Shown one piece after another: positions 32,179 to 41,235 of a DNA stretch of 64,000 nt (positions are counted from its first letter, which is position 1; every line of letters begins with the position of its first letter). The notes beneath the pieces are model-generated. The model saw nothing but the letters and a program-made list of their open reading frames with translations, made no database searches and was not told the origin of the DNA. A program made the translations under genes and the position numbers. This stretch comes from an uncultured delta proteobacterium. Lineage in GTDB: Bacteria; Myxococcota; Kuafuiibacteriia; Kuafuiibacteriales; Kuafuiibacteriaceae. The DNA is taken from the NCBI GenBank assembly GCA_963803435.1, contig CAWDML010000010.1, positions 32,001 through 96,000 of the forward strand, read 5' to 3'.

Positions 32179-32603
32179 TCCCCGGAGGCCTCACCGTCCG
32201 GGCTGGCGATGACGACGACGTAACCGTCGAGATCACGCAGCCACATCTCGCGGTGCTGCGGCGCCTGGTTGACGTGCGGCTCGAGGACGACCTCGGCGCC
32301 GAGATCACGGGCACGAGCGACCGCCGCGTCGAAGTCGTCGATCTCGAACCAGACCAGCACGCCGTGGCCATGGCGCGCCTCGTCCGGTCCGACGAGGTTC
32401 GGATGGTCCTCGTCGTCCCATCGGTGGATCTGGAGCACGAGCGCGTCGCCGGCCATCAGGCGGTCGTAGACCAGGCGATGGGGATGGTCAGGATCGCCCT
32501 GGCGCGTCAGGCCGAGCAGGCGCCGATACCAGGCGCTGCTGGCCTTCACGTCGCGCACGGCGATCAGGGTCTGGGGACGAACGTTCGGGGTCGATGGGTT
32601 CAT
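32163..32603 (-). CDS. VOC/glyoxalase family protein
   Basis: IAVRDVKASSAWYRRLLG…VWFEIDDFDAA…REMWLRDLDGYVV; GGAGGAG RBS. Confidence 0.9.
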   Translation of the reverse strand: MNPSTPNVRPQTLIAVRDVKASSAWYRRLLGLTRQGDPDHPHRLVYDRLMAGDALVLQIHRWDDEDHPNLVGPDEARHGHGVLVWFEIDDFDAAVARARDLGAEVVLEPHVNQAPQHREMWLRDLDGYVVVIASPDGEASGDQNIS

Positions 32604-33060
32604 GGGATCTCCTCCGTGATGCCGTGTCTACCGTGCCGCGATCGGCGGGTCGCGTCTTGGAGGAAACGGACCTGTGGACGCAGCGCCTTGTCCCTTAAGC
32701 AAGCGATCCGCGGTTCTTGGCCGCGATCGCGTCACCGAGCGCACGGACCTCCTCGCGGAGGTGGGGCGGCTCCAGACCGAGCCCCCTTCGCGAGCTCGAA
32801 GACGGCGTCGAGCAGCGTTTCACGCGAGGGCTGAAGCGGCACGGCACGGCTTCCTCGAAGACGAGCTACCGAAGGGAAGGCCGACGACGACTGGTGGACA
32901 GCCGCGGCGCGCGAGCCGACGGGCCTCCTCGCTCCCGTCGAGTCCAGGCGAAAGCGCGGCGTCGAGGTGCAGCGGCAGAGGACAACGCGGGCCGAGAGCG
33001 CTTGTGACGGTACGGGATGCGCCCTCCTGTTGCTGAAGAGCAACTCGAGCTGATCGAGCG

Positions 33061-33152
33061 GGGGCCTTCGAGCGGGGTGTGGCGGCGTACGGCTGCCCGC
33101 GCGAGGTGCTGACCGGCGGCAGTACACGGCCTGGCGTGGGGTCACAGAGTTG
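33061..33152 (+). mobile_element. Frameshifted remnant of an rve/DDE (IS481-like) transposase
   Basis: Translates as AFERGVAAYGCPREVLT then, after a frame change, QYTAWRGVTE; resembles the 'YG.P.EVLTDNG.QY..WRG' integrase core. Confidence 0.5.
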
Positions 33153-33216
33153 TCACGGGGCGGGCTATCGGATCGCGGCGGGGGCAGCCAGGAACGGAGG
33201 TCCGCGCGCCGCGTCG

Positions 33217-34119
33217 TCAGCGGCAGATCGAGCTGCACGTGGACGGCGAGGACCCGTCTGCAGCGCACGCCCGGAAGCAGGCGTCGACGGGGCTCTCCGC
33301 GGCGCCGCACTCGCAGGTCTCGGACGAGATGCCGCAGATGCTGCGACAGGTCGATCCGGAGGTTCCGTCGGCGATGCAGACGTCGTAGCACCCCACCATG
33401 CCGCAGGGGGTGGAGGCTCCGCAGATGCTGTGGCACGTCGAAGCGCTCGTCCCGTCGGCCTGGCAGACAGCATAGCAAGCGCGCTCGCCGCACGACGTAT
33501 CGGCGCCGCAGATGCTGTGACAGGTCGACGCGGAGGTCCCGTCGGCGACGCACACGGCGAAGCACCCGACCTCTCCGCAGGCGGTGACAGTCCCGCAGAT
33601 GCTGTGGCAGGTCGACGCCGACGTGCCGTCCGACAGACAGACCTCGTAACACCCGCGGTCCGCACCGGCGCTGCTGCCACCGCAGATGCTGTGGCAGGTG
33701 GAGGCTGAGGTATGGTCGGCGACGCAGACCGCGTAGCAACCGTAGCCGTTTCCCTCCGGGCAGCTGCTCTTGCACGTCGACGTGCTGGTGCCATTGTCGA
33801 TGCAGCTCTGCCAGCAAGCCTCGACCGCGAACTCGCACGCAGTGACCTCGGCGACGCCGCTGTCGCGGTCGGGCCCGCCGCCGTCGGAGGTTCCGGCGTC
33901 CCGCTGCATCCCGGCGTCAGGCGGGGTGCACACGCGGCAGGTGATCTCGCACGAAGCGGGGTCCAGGCACGAGTCGCCGGTCGTGTCACACGCGCACACG
34001 TCGTTGACGCACTGATACTCGCTTCGACAGGTCTCCGCCGGCCGCGGTGTGCCTCCCGGAGGCCGGGGCCGCGAAGAGCACGCAAGCAGCGCGACCAGCG
34101 ACGCGATCAATAGGCGCAT
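33217..34119 (-). CDS. Lipoprotein with seven CX3C-X9-CX3C repeats
   Basis: Lipobox LLAC; Cys-rich N-domain; DAG linker; repeats such as CYAVCQADGTSASTCHSIC. Confidence 0.85.
   Translation of the reverse strand: MRLLIASLVALLACSSRPRPPGGTPRPAETCRSEYQCVNDVCACDTTGDSCLDPASCEITCRVCTPPDAGMQRDAGTSDGGGPDRDSGVAEVTACEFAVEACWQSCIDNGTSTSTCKSSCPEGNGYGCYAVCVADHTSASTCHSICGGSSAGADRGCYEVCLSDGTSASTCHSICGTVTACGEVGCFAVCVADGTSASTCHSICGADTSCGERACYAVCQADGTSASTCHSICGASTPCGMVGCYDVCIADGTSGSTCRSICGISSETCECGAAESPVDACFRACAADGSSPSTCSSICR
33223..33816 (-). repeat. Intragenic tandem repeat of ~90 bp units, 7 copies, encoding Cys hairpins
   Basis: Recurring CGCAGATGCTGTG(G/A)CAGGTCGA on the + strand. Confidence 0.85.
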
Positions 34120-34220
34120 TCGTCGCGTCTAGAGCCAAGGTGCCGAGCAGCGCAACCGGAGAAGCCGAGGAATCGCGGGTGCACGCGATCACCCCAGCGC
34201 ACCTCGAACATCGCCCCCGC

Positions 34221-34774
34221 CTGCACTACGTGTTCGATCTCTGGGCCGACCTATGGCGAAGTCAGCGGGCGAAAGGTGACGTGATCATCGTCCGCTTTGC
34301 TGACGACGTCATCGTCGGCTTCGAGCATCGAGAAGACGCCGAGCGTTTCCAGGAAGAGCTGGCGGAGCGACTGCGCAAGTTCGACCTGGAGCTCCACCCC
34401 GACAAGACCCGGCTGATCCGGTTTGGGCGCTCCGCCCACCGGGAGCACCACCAGGGCGTCTGGCTCGGGCAAGTGGTCCGAGGCTGGTTCGGCTATCACG
34501 GCGTGCCGTTCAACATCGACGCGCTGAGCCGATTCCGGCACGAGGTAGTCCGGCGCTGGTTTTGGGCGCTTCGTCGCCGAAGCCAACGCGGCAACCGACT
34601 GACCTGGTCCCGCTTCTATCGGTACGTCGAGTGATGGCTCCCTCGTCCGAAGATCGTGCATCCGTTCCCGATTCAACGTCTGCGCGTCAAAACCCAAGGC
34701 AGGAGCCCGGTGCGTTAGTAGCGCTCGCCGGGATCTGTGCGGGGGGCACCGGCAACGGCCGTCCCTACCGCGAC
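34221..34774 (+). mobile_element. 5'-truncated, internally deleted group II intron (RT/maturase remnant plus domains V-VI)
   Basis: LHYVFDLW, VRFADD, LHPDKTRLIRFG, X-domain LRRRSQ…W, premature TGA at 34632-34634 before WLPRPKIVHP; DV GAGCCCGGTGCG…CGCCGGGATC; 3' end CCCTACCGCGAC. Confidence 0.92.
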
Positions 34775-35166
34775 TCGAAGCAATCGTAGTTCCGTTGCAG
34801 TGCGATTCTCCCCTCACGGACCTCGAAGTGCATCGAGCAGCGCGCCGACATCGTCGACCCGGCCGGTCGGGTGCCGAGGGGAACAGCGAGTACGGCGCTC
34901 CACGTGACCTCGAGAACCGCGCGGCTCTCATCTTCGATCGTCGACATGACCTCGTACCGCTCCGAGTGGAGCAGCGCTCGCCCTCGCTCCATGTCGGCGC
35001 GCCCTTCGGCGAGCGTCCGCCGCGAGCCCTGACGATCGAGGAGGTTCGGTAGCACCTCGATGACGGCATCCTGGTGGAGGAAAGCTGCGATCGCCCCGAT
35101 CGGAGCGCGTTTCTCGAGCGCGCGGAGATAACCGCGCGCGACGGCTGCCGGTGACTCTTCGTTCAT
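34765..35166 (-). CDS. NTF2/SnoaL-like protein
   Basis: FLHQDAV..VLPN…AVLEVTW…FEVREGRI..QRNYDCF; stop supplied by the intron antisense. Confidence 0.85.
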   Translation of the reverse strand: MNEESPAAVARGYLRALEKRAPIGAIAAFLHQDAVIEVLPNLLDRQGSRRTLAEGRADMERGRALLHSERYEVMSTIEDESRAVLEVTWSAVLAVPLGTRPAGSTMSARCSMHFEVREGRIALQRNYDCFESR

Positions 35167-35167
35167 G

Positions 35168-35215
35168 TCCACAATCATAGTTGTGGATTTAGATATTGCA
35201 CAACCATGATTGTGC
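35168..35215. promoter_or_regulatory. Two palindromic operators (CACAA-N6-TTGTG), likely MarR sites
   Basis: TCCACAATCATAGTTGTGGA (35168-35187) and GCACAACCATGATTGTGC (35198-35215) in the divergent AT-rich spacer. Confidence 0.78.
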
Positions 35216-35228
35216 GTTATCATGCGCC

Positions 35229-35741
35229 GTGGCGAAGCCGCCGAAGACCTCGCCTCAGGACGGGCCGCCGGAGCCTGCCGAGCTCGATCTCGGCACTCTG
35301 GCGCTCTTCGTGGGCCAGGCCTGCGCCGAGGCCGTCCAGCGCGACCTCGCCCGGCTCGGCTTCGGCGACGTCCGCTTCTCGCACGGCTACCTGTTCCAGC
35401 ACCTCGTCAGCGCCGAAGGCCGCGCGATCACCGAGCTCGCCCGCCGCCTCGGCGTGAGCCAGCAGGCGGCCTCCAAGTCGATCGCGGAGGTGGAGCGGCT
35501 CGGCTACGTCGAGATGGTTCGAGACCCGACCGACGCTCGGCGCCGCATCGTCCGCCTCACCCGTCGCGGACGCGCCGTCATCATGGCCGCCCGCCGGGCC
35601 CGGTTGCGCCTGGAGCGAACGCTGACTCGAGAGCACGGCGCCCGCGCGCTGGCCGGCTGCAAGGCGACGCTGGCCGCGATCCTCGATGGCTTGGGCGGCA
35701 CCGAAGCGGTGAGGCAGCGCCGCATTCGCGCTCCGCGGTGA
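35229..35741 (+). CDS. MarR family transcriptional regulator
   Basis: ITELARRLGVSQQAASKSIAEVERLGYVE…DPTDARRRIVRLTRRG. Confidence 0.92.
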   Translation: MAKPPKTSPQDGPPEPAELDLGTLALFVGQACAEAVQRDLARLGFGDVRFSHGYLFQHLVSAEGRAITELARRLGVSQQAASKSIAEVERLGYVEMVRDPTDARRRIVRLTRRGRAVIMAARRARLRLERTLTREHGARALAGCKATLAAILDGLGGTEAVRQRRIRAPR

Positions 35742-35775
35742 GCGCGATGGCGCTGTCGTCGCCGCATGCTGGCAA

Positions 35776-36498
35776 TCACGGGTTCAACGCCATCATCTCA
35801 GGGTAATGGTAGACGTCCGATTTCGCCGGCGGGCTCAGCGACGTCGCGATCATCGCCTTCGCGATCTGCGCAACGGTGATCGACTTGTATCTCGCCGGCG
35901 TCACGAACGAGAACGCAGGAAGAACCTTCTCGAGCAGCCAGGGTGTGTGTTGTGAGCCGATGATCATCGCCGGGCGGAAGATGCTCACCACGGCTGGTCC
36001 CTCCTCCTTTACCGCCTCCTCGGCCTCGCCCTTCACACGAGCATAACGCGCCGTCCCCGCGGCGCCGGAACCGGTCGGCGCCCGTGTGGGATCAGCGCCG
36101 GCGGCGGACATGAACGCCAGGTGCTTCACTCGCCCCGATGCCGCGAGCCCGCGCGCAAAGGCCGCATTCAGCCCCACGTCGATCGCGCGATGCTCGTCGA
36201 TCGTGAGCTTCGCGGTACCGGCCCCTACGCCCAGCACGCTCAAGCCGACGACGTCGCCCTCGAGCACACGAATGGCCTCCGTCGTCGCAGTCTGCAGACC
36301 GACGGGATCCATCGCGGCAATGAGCGTCTCGCGCAGCTCGACACGCGCATCGCGTGCCATCGCGACCTGGTCAGGCTGCGAACGACGCACCAGCGTCACG
36401 ATGGGGTTGAACGATCCACTGCGAATCAGTCCCTGGATCAGCGCGCTGCCGACCGAACCCGATGCACCGAGAACCACAGCCGCTTGCGTGCTCGACAT
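35776..36498 (-). CDS. NAD(P)-binding Rossmann protein (atypical SDR, YraR/TIP30-like)
   Basis: VVLGASGSVG, FMSAAGAD, YARVKGEAE, IFRPAMI. Confidence 0.85.
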   Translation of the reverse strand: MSSTQAAVVLGASGSVGSALIQGLIRSGSFNPIVTLVRRSQPDQVAMARDARVELRETLIAAMDPVGLQTATTEAIRVLEGDVVGLSVLGVGAGTAKLTIDEHRAIDVGLNAAFARGLAASGRVKHLAFMSAAGADPTRAPTGSGAAGTARYARVKGEAEEAVKEEGPAVVSIFRPAMIIGSQHTPWLLEKVLPAFSFVTPARYKSITVAQIAKAMIATSLSPPAKSDVYHYPEMMALNP

Positions 36499-36849
36499 GA
36501 ACGGGACTCGGACAGTTACTCCGATCGAGAGACGAGGAAAAGGCCGACTTTGGAGCCCCTCCGGCACCACCGCGCCGGCGTGCGCCCTCGTAGGGCGGCA
36601 GCGTCGTCAGGCGCACGTCCTCGAGCGGACCTCCAACGGTGAAGTGATACAGGCTCTGCCAGGCGCGCGTCGTGATGCCGAGCAGCGCGTCGGGATCCGC
36701 GTGCTCCAGGATCGCCCTGGGTCAGTGCGCCGGTCCCGCACCCGACATCGAGCGGTGAGGGTGTCGCTGCGAATACCCACCCCGGGTCTCTCATCGTCCC
36801 GACGCGGCGACGTCGACGCGCCGGAGCGATTCTCCGTAGGCTGGTCTCG

Positions 36850-37587
36850 ATGACGTCCGTCGGTCCTCTCGCGGGTGCGGGCGCACGATGGCAGCCGAGC
36901 CCTCCGGGGTCGGACGACCCGCGGCCTGATCTCGGAGGCGGCGACAGCTTCCACCGCGTGCGGGGCCGGCGATACGAGGTGCTCCTCGGCACCGGCGCTC
37001 CGCGAGCCGCGGCCGGAAGCTCGATCCGGATCGAGAGAAAGGATCCGGCGTTCGAGTCCGAGGTGCGCGCGGCGCTGGATCTGATCCGATCGACGGCGCC
37101 GGGCAAGGCGATGCTCGAGGTGATCGATCGGAGCGGCAAGCCGGTGATCATCCGGAAGGGCGCCGAGCTCGACGGCCGCACCGACGGGAACCACGAAGAG
37201 GACGGCTATCTTCGAGAGGACGGCCGCCGAGGCCCTGGCACGGGCGCGACCGTCTTCTGGAACCCCGCGTATGAAGGGCCGGACGAGCCCGGCGGGCCGA
37301 AGTTCCCGGCGAGCAACGTCTTGATCCACGAGCTCGTGCACGCGTTCAACATGGTGACCGGGACCATGGCCGACTCCGACAAGTGCCCGCCCGGAACCAC
37401 GGAGGAGACGTGCGATCTGGTGCCTGCCGAGGAGAGCCAGGCGGTCGGGCTGCCGTTCGACCACGACGACAATCCCTCGACCCCGGACATCACGCCGGAG
37501 CAGTTCTACCGGAAGTACGGGCTCCCCGAGGTCTCCGAGAACGCGATCCTGAAGGCGCTCGGTCGTCCGCTGCGGACGGCGTACTGA
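36850..37587 (+). CDS. M91 (NleD-like) zinc metallopeptidase
   Basis: LIHELVHA…GT…EESQAVGL…SENAI…LGRPLRTAY. Confidence 0.82.
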   Translation: MTSVGPLAGAGARWQPSPPGSDDPRPDLGGGDSFHRVRGRRYEVLLGTGAPRAAAGSSIRIERKDPAFESEVRAALDLIRSTAPGKAMLEVIDRSGKPVIIRKGAELDGRTDGNHEEDGYLREDGRRGPGTGATVFWNPAYEGPDEPGGPKFPASNVLIHELVHAFNMVTGTMADSDKCPPGTTEETCDLVPAEESQAVGLPFDHDDNPSTPDITPEQFYRKYGLPEVSENAILKALGRPLRTAY

Positions 37588-37698
37588 CCCCTGCCGCCTC
37601 CCGCCCAGTCGGCGCTGTGGTTGTGACCGGTCAGGTCCGAGCCGCCTCCGAAGCGTCGGCCCGTTGACTGAAACTTCGTTCAGGTGAGAACATGGGGC

Positions 37699-37770
37699 GT
37701 GCCGCCGGCGAAGATCTCCAACCCGCCCAACCCGTACGCGAGCACCTCGATCCAGTACCTCGGCGACGTG
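37699..37770 (+). pseudogene. Possible 5' remnant of a PA0069-family radical SAM gene
   Basis: MPPAKISNPPNPYASTSIQYLGD resembles that family's N-terminus; similarity then stops and no CX3CX2C follows. Confidence 0.4.
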
Positions 37771-38083
37771 GGCTCGGGGCCACAGGTCGTCGGGACGAGT
37801 CCCGGGTCCGGCGGGTGGGCCAATCCGGCGGGCCAATCCACGCCGTGAAGAAGACTCAGGGACCCAAGTCCCCAATCCAGCGGTCTCCCAGGACCCGCAC
37901 ACGTCCGGGTGGACTCGGGATTCGTGGGTCCACCGTCCGTGGGACCGGTTCCGCCTCGACGGTCGTCCACGCCCAGCTCCCGACCTACCATTTCTTCCCT
38001 CCTCCCACTGTCTGCAGCACCCGACACCTCGCGCCGAGACGATGAGTCCGGGAGGTGGAACACGGCCTGCAACGTGAACGCCG

Positions 38084-39259
38084 ATGCGCTGGCTCCTCCC
38101 CCTTGCTCCACTTCTGGCGATGGCTGCGTGCGCGCAACCTACGCTCGAGCCGGGGTGCCAGACCAACTCGGATTGCGGCGGCGACGAGCGCTGCGTCGAG
38201 GGGCTGTGCATCGAGGTGCCGGTGGTCATCAAGGACGCGGACGCCACGGTGCCGCCGATCGCCGAGGGGTTGGAGAACGACGCCGGCATCACGCCCCTCG
38301 ACAGCGGGACGTATGCCGACGCAGCCGCGACGGACGCCGAAGCAAGCGATACCGGCACCGAGATGGACGCGGGCCAGCCATCACCCGAGGACGCCGGCAC
38401 CGATCCCGACGCCGGGGTGTGCTCCGGCGTCACCGTCGAGATCCAGGGCCGCGGCGTCTACTGTTCCCTCCCGGAGGCGATCGAAGCCGCCCAGCCGGGC
38501 GACGTGCTCCTCATCCCTCCAGGCCGATTCGACGGGTCGATCTCGCTGACGAAGGGCATCACGCTGCACGGGGCCGGTGAGACCACGGTGCTCGCGGGGG
38601 CCGGCGCGCCGACGGTCTCGGTGCTCGCCGCCGGCGTGGTGCTGGAGGACCTGTCCATCGAGAACGCGAGCGCCGACGGCGTCATGCTCAGCGCTCAGGC
38701 GGAGATCCGCCGGGTGCGGATCGGACCGGCGGTCGACAACGGGATCTGGATCCAGGCCGGCGGGAACCTGACCGGGGAGGATCTCACCATCGAGAACATC
38801 AGCACCACCGACAGCTCGGGCATCTATGTCGTCGCGGGAGGTGTGGGCGTGGTCTCGACCTCGGTCATCCACGGCGTGTCCGACGGCGTCGACGTCATCG
38901 GCGGCGATCTCACCCTTTACACCACCGAGCTGTACGGGAACGTCTGGGACGGCGCCTATCTCGAGGGCGGTCGCCTCGATCTGGAGGCAGGCTGCGACAT
39001 GCACGACAACCCGGAGGCGGGGGTCCTGGTCTACGATGGCGTCTTGGTGATGCGCGGCTCGTCCAGCCACGACAACGCCGGCGAGGAAGGGGACGGGTTC
39101 GCGATGATCGGCGCGACGTCCTGGGAGATCACCGACAGCTCCTTCACCAACAACGGCGGCTTCGGCCTGTACTGCGACAGCCCGTCTCCGCCGCCGGTCG
39201 CCTGCACCAACGTTGTCCATACCAACAACAACGCCGGAACGAACTGCGCCTGCCCCTGA
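38084..39259 (+). CDS. Lipoprotein with Cys-rich knot and right-handed parallel beta-helix (pectin-lyase-like) domain
   Basis: Lipobox MAAC; CQTNSDC…C…C; SLPEAIEAAQPGDVLLIPPG; GI/GV…N beta-helix rungs. Confidence 0.85.
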   Translation: MRWLLPLAPLLAMAACAQPTLEPGCQTNSDCGGDERCVEGLCIEVPVVIKDADATVPPIAEGLENDAGITPLDSGTYADAAATDAEASDTGTEMDAGQPSPEDAGTDPDAGVCSGVTVEIQGRGVYCSLPEAIEAAQPGDVLLIPPGRFDGSISLTKGITLHGAGETTVLAGAGAPTVSVLAAGVVLEDLSIENASADGVMLSAQAEIRRVRIGPAVDNGIWIQAGGNLTGEDLTIENISTTDSSGIYVVAGGVGVVSTSVIHGVSDGVDVIGGDLTLYTTELYGNVWDGAYLEGGRLDLEAGCDMHDNPEAGVLVYDGVLVMRGSSSHDNAGEEGDGFAMIGATSWEITDSSFTNNGGFGLYCDSPSPPPVACTNVVHTNNNAGTNCACP

Positions 39260-39390
39260 GCGGCAACGCGTCCGGTTCCGCGCCACGGCGTGGCATTCAC
39301 CGGATCGACCTCGACGGTCGTGGTGGGTGACCTCGGACGACCGGACGGCTCGAGATCGCCGCCCGCCGCCGAGCGATCTATCCTCGCGGC

Positions 39391-39828
39391 TTGGCGAAGC
39401 TGATGGGTGTCGTCCACCTCCTCCCTCTCCCCGGCAGCCCGGGATGGGCGGGATCGATGGGCGCGATCTTCGAGCGGGCGCTCGACGACGCGCGCAAGCT
39501 GATCGACGGTGGCGTCGACGCCCTCATCGTGGAGAACATGGGCGATGTCCCCTACCTCAAGGGACCCGCCCAGCCGGAGACGGTGGCGGCCATGGCGATC
39601 GCCGCGGAGAAGGTGGCCCGGCTGGGCCTGCCGACCGGCGTGCAGGTGCTCGCGGGCGCGAACGTCGAGTCGCTGTCGATCGCGGTGACCGCGGGGGCCG
39701 CCTTCATTCGAGTGGAGTCGTTCGCCTACGCCCACGTGGCCGACGAGGGGTGGATCGACGCCAGCGCCGGCGGGCTGCTCCGCAAGCGGCGAAGTCTGGG
39801 TGCGCCGATCGAGGTGTGGGCGGACGTC
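39391..39828 (+). pseudogene. 3'-truncated BtpA/SgcQ family gene
   Basis: GVVHLLPLPGSP, DALIVENMGDVPY, FIRV…VADEG; homology stops at WADV, before the conserved KH motif. Confidence 0.8.
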
Positions 39829-39888
39829 CTGGACGTCGATGCTCCGACTCTAATCCGGAACCCCCAGCCGTCAAGGTCGGCCGAAAGA

Positions 39889-41235
39889 TCATCGCGGCAT
39901 GGGGTCCCAGAGCGGCCCGGGCCGCATCGTGATGGCGGTGTCGGCCGGCAGGGCCGCGAGGGCCGTCTCCAGCTGATCGAGCGTGGTCTCGTCGGTGAGC
40001 CCGGTGCGCTCGACCGTGGCGCGCTTCGTGGCGCCGTCCTCGAAGAGGATCGACCAACCCTCCGCGACTCGCGCATCTCGATCGAGCTGGACGATCCGTA
40101 GTGGCAGCGGAGCCCGCGCGCGAGTGAATCGATGGACGACCTCCGGGAACGGCAGGCTCTCGGGCGCCACCTCCAGGCGCTCGAGCCGGGGCAGGAGCCC
40201 GGTCAGACGCGACAGCACGCCCGGCGTCACGCCCGCGCCGATCAGTCGGAGGACGCGCAGGCGCGGGAGGTTGTCGGTCTGGTCGAGCGGCCCCAGGACG
40301 TCATCGTGAGACGGCTCGACCTCGAGCTCCTCCACCGCGAAGGGCGCACCGGTGATCAGCTCGAGCACGCCCTGGTCGTCGATCGGCCCCAGCGCGCGCA
40401 GGTGCCGCATCCCGTGTCCGATCGGGCGCAGGCCTCCAGGGAGGAAGCGGAGGCGCTCGACCGTACGGAGCCCGAGGTCGTCGCGGTCGAAGTGGTGCGC
40501 GATCTCGGGCGCGACGTACAGGCCGACGTCCCTGAGGAAGCCGCGCTCGAAGACGGCCGCGCCCCGTGGGACGAAGGGTCCGAGGCCGCCCATCCAGGCG
40601 CGGTGGTGCTCGACCCACAGCTGGAAGGCGCGCTCGCGCACCGAGTCGTCCGGCTCGGGGTGGAGGACCAGGGAGAGGTACTCGCCTCGAACGTCGCCCT
40701 TCTCGAGCCAGTGATCGGCGAGCACGTGACCGGCGCTCTCCGTGCGATCGAACAGCGCCTTCGCGGTGGCGTCGAGCGGCCAGGGCTCGGGTCGATCGCG
40801 CGCCATGTCCAGCCAGGGGCGGACCAGGCGGCCCAGCGGGGTCACCTCGATCCGACCGTCGGGCGCCCGGCGCGCCAGCGCGAACGGTCGCGCGTTCTGC
40901 TGCTCGTCGAAGTTTTGATTCCCCCGCTCGTGACAGTAGGCCTCGAACGGCGGCACCAGCTCGCCATAGCCCCAGTCCACGTAGGCCCCCGCCACGCTCT
41001 CGTCGGGCCAGTCGACCGCGGCGCGCTCGGAGGCGTGGATGGTCACGTGCACCTCGTCGTCGGCGTTGTCGTTCCAGTACTGCGCCAGCCCCAGGACCGC
41101 CGAGCGCAGGTTCTCCGGATACTCTCCCACCACGGCGGCGAAGCGCCGCTCGAGCACGTCGCGCCGCATCGCCAGGACGGTGGCGTCATCGGCGAACTTC
41201 TCGCACCACCAGTCGCCATCGAGGGGTGGCGCCAT
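39889..41235 (-). CDS. Hypothetical protein with TIGR02996-like motif and LRR-like C-terminus
   Basis: VLADHWLEKGDVRGEYLSL, FERGFL, LPRLRVLRL/LPRLERLEV. Confidence 0.7.
   Translation of the reverse strand: MAPPLDGDWWCEKFADDATVLAMRRDVLERRFAAVVGEYPENLRSAVLGLAQYWNDNADDEVHVTIHASERAAVDWPDESVAGAYVDWGYGELVPPFEAYCHERGNQNFDEQQNARPFALARRAPDGRIEVTPLGRLVRPWLDMARDRPEPWPLDATAKALFDRTESAGHVLADHWLEKGDVRGEYLSLVLHPEPDDSVRERAFQLWVEHHRAWMGGLGPFVPRGAAVFERGFLRDVGLYVAPEIAHHFDRDDLGLRTVERLRFLPGGLRPIGHGMRHLRALGPIDDQGVLELITGAPFAVEELEVEPSHDDVLGPLDQTDNLPRLRVLRLIGAGVTPGVLSRLTGLLPRLERLEVAPESLPFPEVVHRFTRARAPLPLRIVQLDRDARVAEGWSILFEDGATKRATVERTGLTDETTLDQLETALAALPADTAITMRPGPLWDPMPR

Noticed and set aside
33217-34119. Multiheme cytochrome, or CRISPR-like DNA repeats
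   Set aside because: The motif is TCHSIC, not CxxCH; repeats are in-frame, degenerate at third positions and lack unique spacers
34047-34774. RT as part of a DGR, retron or defence RT
   Set aside because: X domain and DV/DVI identify a group II intron; the RT is fragmentary; no TR/VR pair or msr-msd noticed
39290-39360. Possible FG-GAP repeat remnant (VVVGDL…G.LEI)
   Set aside because: Too short and needs several frameshifts
39829-40101. C-terminal extension of the 236-aa btpA ORF as a novel fusion
   Set aside because: It is read-through into the antisense of the 39889-41235 gene after the truncation point
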